Shown here: positions 62,239 through 64,000 of the stretch, one piece after another
Layout of the letters: each line of letters starts with the position of its first letter
Position numbering within the stretch: position 1 is the stretch's first letter
Origin: Heptranchias perlo
Taxonomy: Eukaryota
Assembly (NCBI RefSeq): GCF_035084215.1
Contig: NC_090336.1
Span: 33,542,001-33,606,000, forward strand
Reading direction: 5' to 3'
Length of the DNA stretch: 64,000 bases
Position numbers and translations under genes: made by a program
Notes under the pieces: generated by a model
Database searches by the model: none
What the model was told of the DNA's origin: nothing
Seen by the model: the letters and a program-made list of their open reading frames with translations, nothing else

Positions 62239-62567
62239 TCACGAAGGGTATGCACAAGGGTGTCTGACAGACTGTCATATTTTTCATTTATATTTGTTTT
62301 TTGTTAAAGTCACATTAAATATTATCATTCTCACCATTACTGTCACATCTTGCCCATTCTTGACTGGCTTTTGTGATAGGCCCCTTTCATGAGCTTCATC
62401 ATGAATGGCGACACTTGATGCCACCCAGTGGATGACTTTACAGTGGGTGTATGTGTTGCTGCAGAACTGTTTTGTTGTGTGTGTGTGTGGGGGTGGTAGT
62501 GGTGGAGCTGGTGTTGGTGCTGCTCTTTCCAGGTGGTGTGAAGATTGGACTATTCTCACTTTCTGAT

Positions 62568-63808
62568 CTAATGAGAACCGTTCACAAATGAGTGACTCCC
62601 TGGCCTCACGAGCAGCCAGGTGAGCCGCTGCACTGCCCGTGGGTTCGTCGTCCTCCTCCTCCTGCTGCTCCTGCTCCTCCTCAATGTTGATTGCACATGT
62701 GGATAGTGGATAAGGGCACGGGGCCTCCTCAACCGGTACCCCTCTCTGTTGCGCCATGTTGTGCAGGACACAACACACGACTATAATGTGACCCACTCTC
62801 GCTGGTGCGTATTGAAGCGTTCCCCCAGAACGATCGAGGCACCAAAATCGCATCTTCAGCAGCCCTATTGCATGTTCAATAATAGACCTGGTGGCGATGT
62901 GGCTGTTGTTGTATCGATGCTGTTGCTTGCTGATGGGGTTCCTCTGAAGTGTCATGAGCCACGTGTGCAGGGGGTATCCCTTGTCCCCGAGGAGCCAGCC
63001 CTTAGGGCTATTCGATTCGTGGAAGAGGCCCGGGATGTTGGATTCCCTCAGAATGAACGAATCGTGGCAGCTGCCAGGGAACCTGACGCACACGTGAAGG
63101 AGTCTTTTGCGGTGGTCACAAACTAGCTGAATGTTGATGGAGTGATATCCCTTTCTGTTGATGAACAGTCCTGGCTCGTGTGGAGGTGCTTGGATTGCTT
63201 TATGCGTGTAATCGATTGCACCCTGTACCCATGGGAAGCCAGCCACAGAGTGGAATCCCACTGCCCTCTCCGTCTGGCTGAGGTCGTCCAGGGGAAGTTG
63301 ACGTACTGCGAGGCCTTGTGAAACAAACCGTCGGTCACCTGCCTTTTGCACTTGTGTGCAGATTACTGACAGACCCCGACGATGCCACCAGTGCCACCCT
63401 GAAATGATCCGGAGGTGGAGAAGCTGATGGCAGTAGTGACTTTAACGGTGACAGGTAATGAGATGCCTCCAGGCCCAGCCAAGAGCAGCTCGGCATGAAG
63501 GAGGCTGCAGATGTCTGCGACCACTTGGTGACTCACTCTCAGCTTCTGTATGCACTGCTCCTCAGAGAGGTCCAGGAAGCTGAGCCTCGGTCTGTAGACC
63601 CTCTGACGAGGGTAGTGCCTCCTGCGCCATCACTCCCTCTGTTGTTCCCCTCTCTGCTTTTGTGCAGGTGACTGTGGTGCAGCACTGTGTTGAGCTACAA
63701 GTGGTGGAAGTGCACGCCGTGCCTGGCGAGGCTGGTGATGTTGCTCGTCCTCGGATGTAGTGGTGAATGCAGCCATCACACCCCACCCCCCCCCCCCCCC
63801 CCCGCCAT
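62568..63808 (-). pseudogene. Harbinger (HARBI1-like) DDE transposase with stops and frameshift in the N-terminal half
   Basis: GFPWVQGAIDYTH, NRKGYHSINIQLVCD, FPGSCHD, LLGDKGYP, IEHAIGLLKMRF..LDRSGG, CCVLHN; N-terminal RRRHYPRQRVYRPRLSFLDLSEEQC in another frame; G-run expansion at the start. Confidence 0.93.
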
Positions 63809-64000
63809 CCTGATGGTGTCAGTTTGAGGGGGTCCGAAATGTTGGTAAATATGTGTAAACAGGACAATTCTGAGTGGAAACGATGAATTTTCAGTCTAAA
63901 TACTAAGATCGCCCAGCCAAAAGTTTGTCTGAGAGAATTGAGTGCCCTGCTGCAATAACTCACCTTTTATCCCCATCTGTCAAACAGGCATTTAAATGGT

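Larger units (their letters stand above)
60106..64000 (-). mobile_element. PIF/Harbinger DNA transposon 2 (different family, runs off the window end)
   Basis: Terminus gggctcgattttaaac; Myb/SANT-like gene (+) convergent with transposase (-). Confidence 0.9.

Noticed and set aside
62284-62567. Apparent C-terminal extension of the transposase ORF
   Set aside because: Read-through after loss of the natural stop near ERFS (about 62568); it runs into microsatellite and 3' UTR sequence.

Overview
Eukaryotic, repeat-rich vertebrate DNA, with no prokaryotic genes, operons or CRISPR arrays. The repeat mix (CR1 and L2 LINEs, Deu-domain SINEs, LF-SINE-like relics, Penelope pseudo-LTR fragments, PIF/Harbinger elements) suggests a cartilaginous fish; this is inferred from recalled repeat families, not a search. 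Almost all long ORFs are decayed transposon frames or their antisense shadows. Main contents: (1) many 5'-truncated and nested CR1, L2 and related LINE copies; (2) two different defective two-gene Harbinger transposons (DDE transposase plus a convergent, intron-containing Myb/SANT-like gene) at about 48.1-52.1 kb and from 60.1 kb to the window end, plus several palindromic MITE-like relatives; (3) a hAT-like element holding a 1 kb G-rich 32-bp minisatellite; (4) three Penelope-derived, ORF-less inserts carrying minimal hammerhead ribozyme motifs. The third group of small inserts is the most interesting signal: one is a perfect 91-bp-arm palindrome with a hammerhead on each strand and a 12-bp target-site duplication. 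No host protein-coding gene could be identified; one weak candidate first coding exon (MSSKHLSDWIPY..) lies at 55960-55997. Boundaries of old repeats are approximate.
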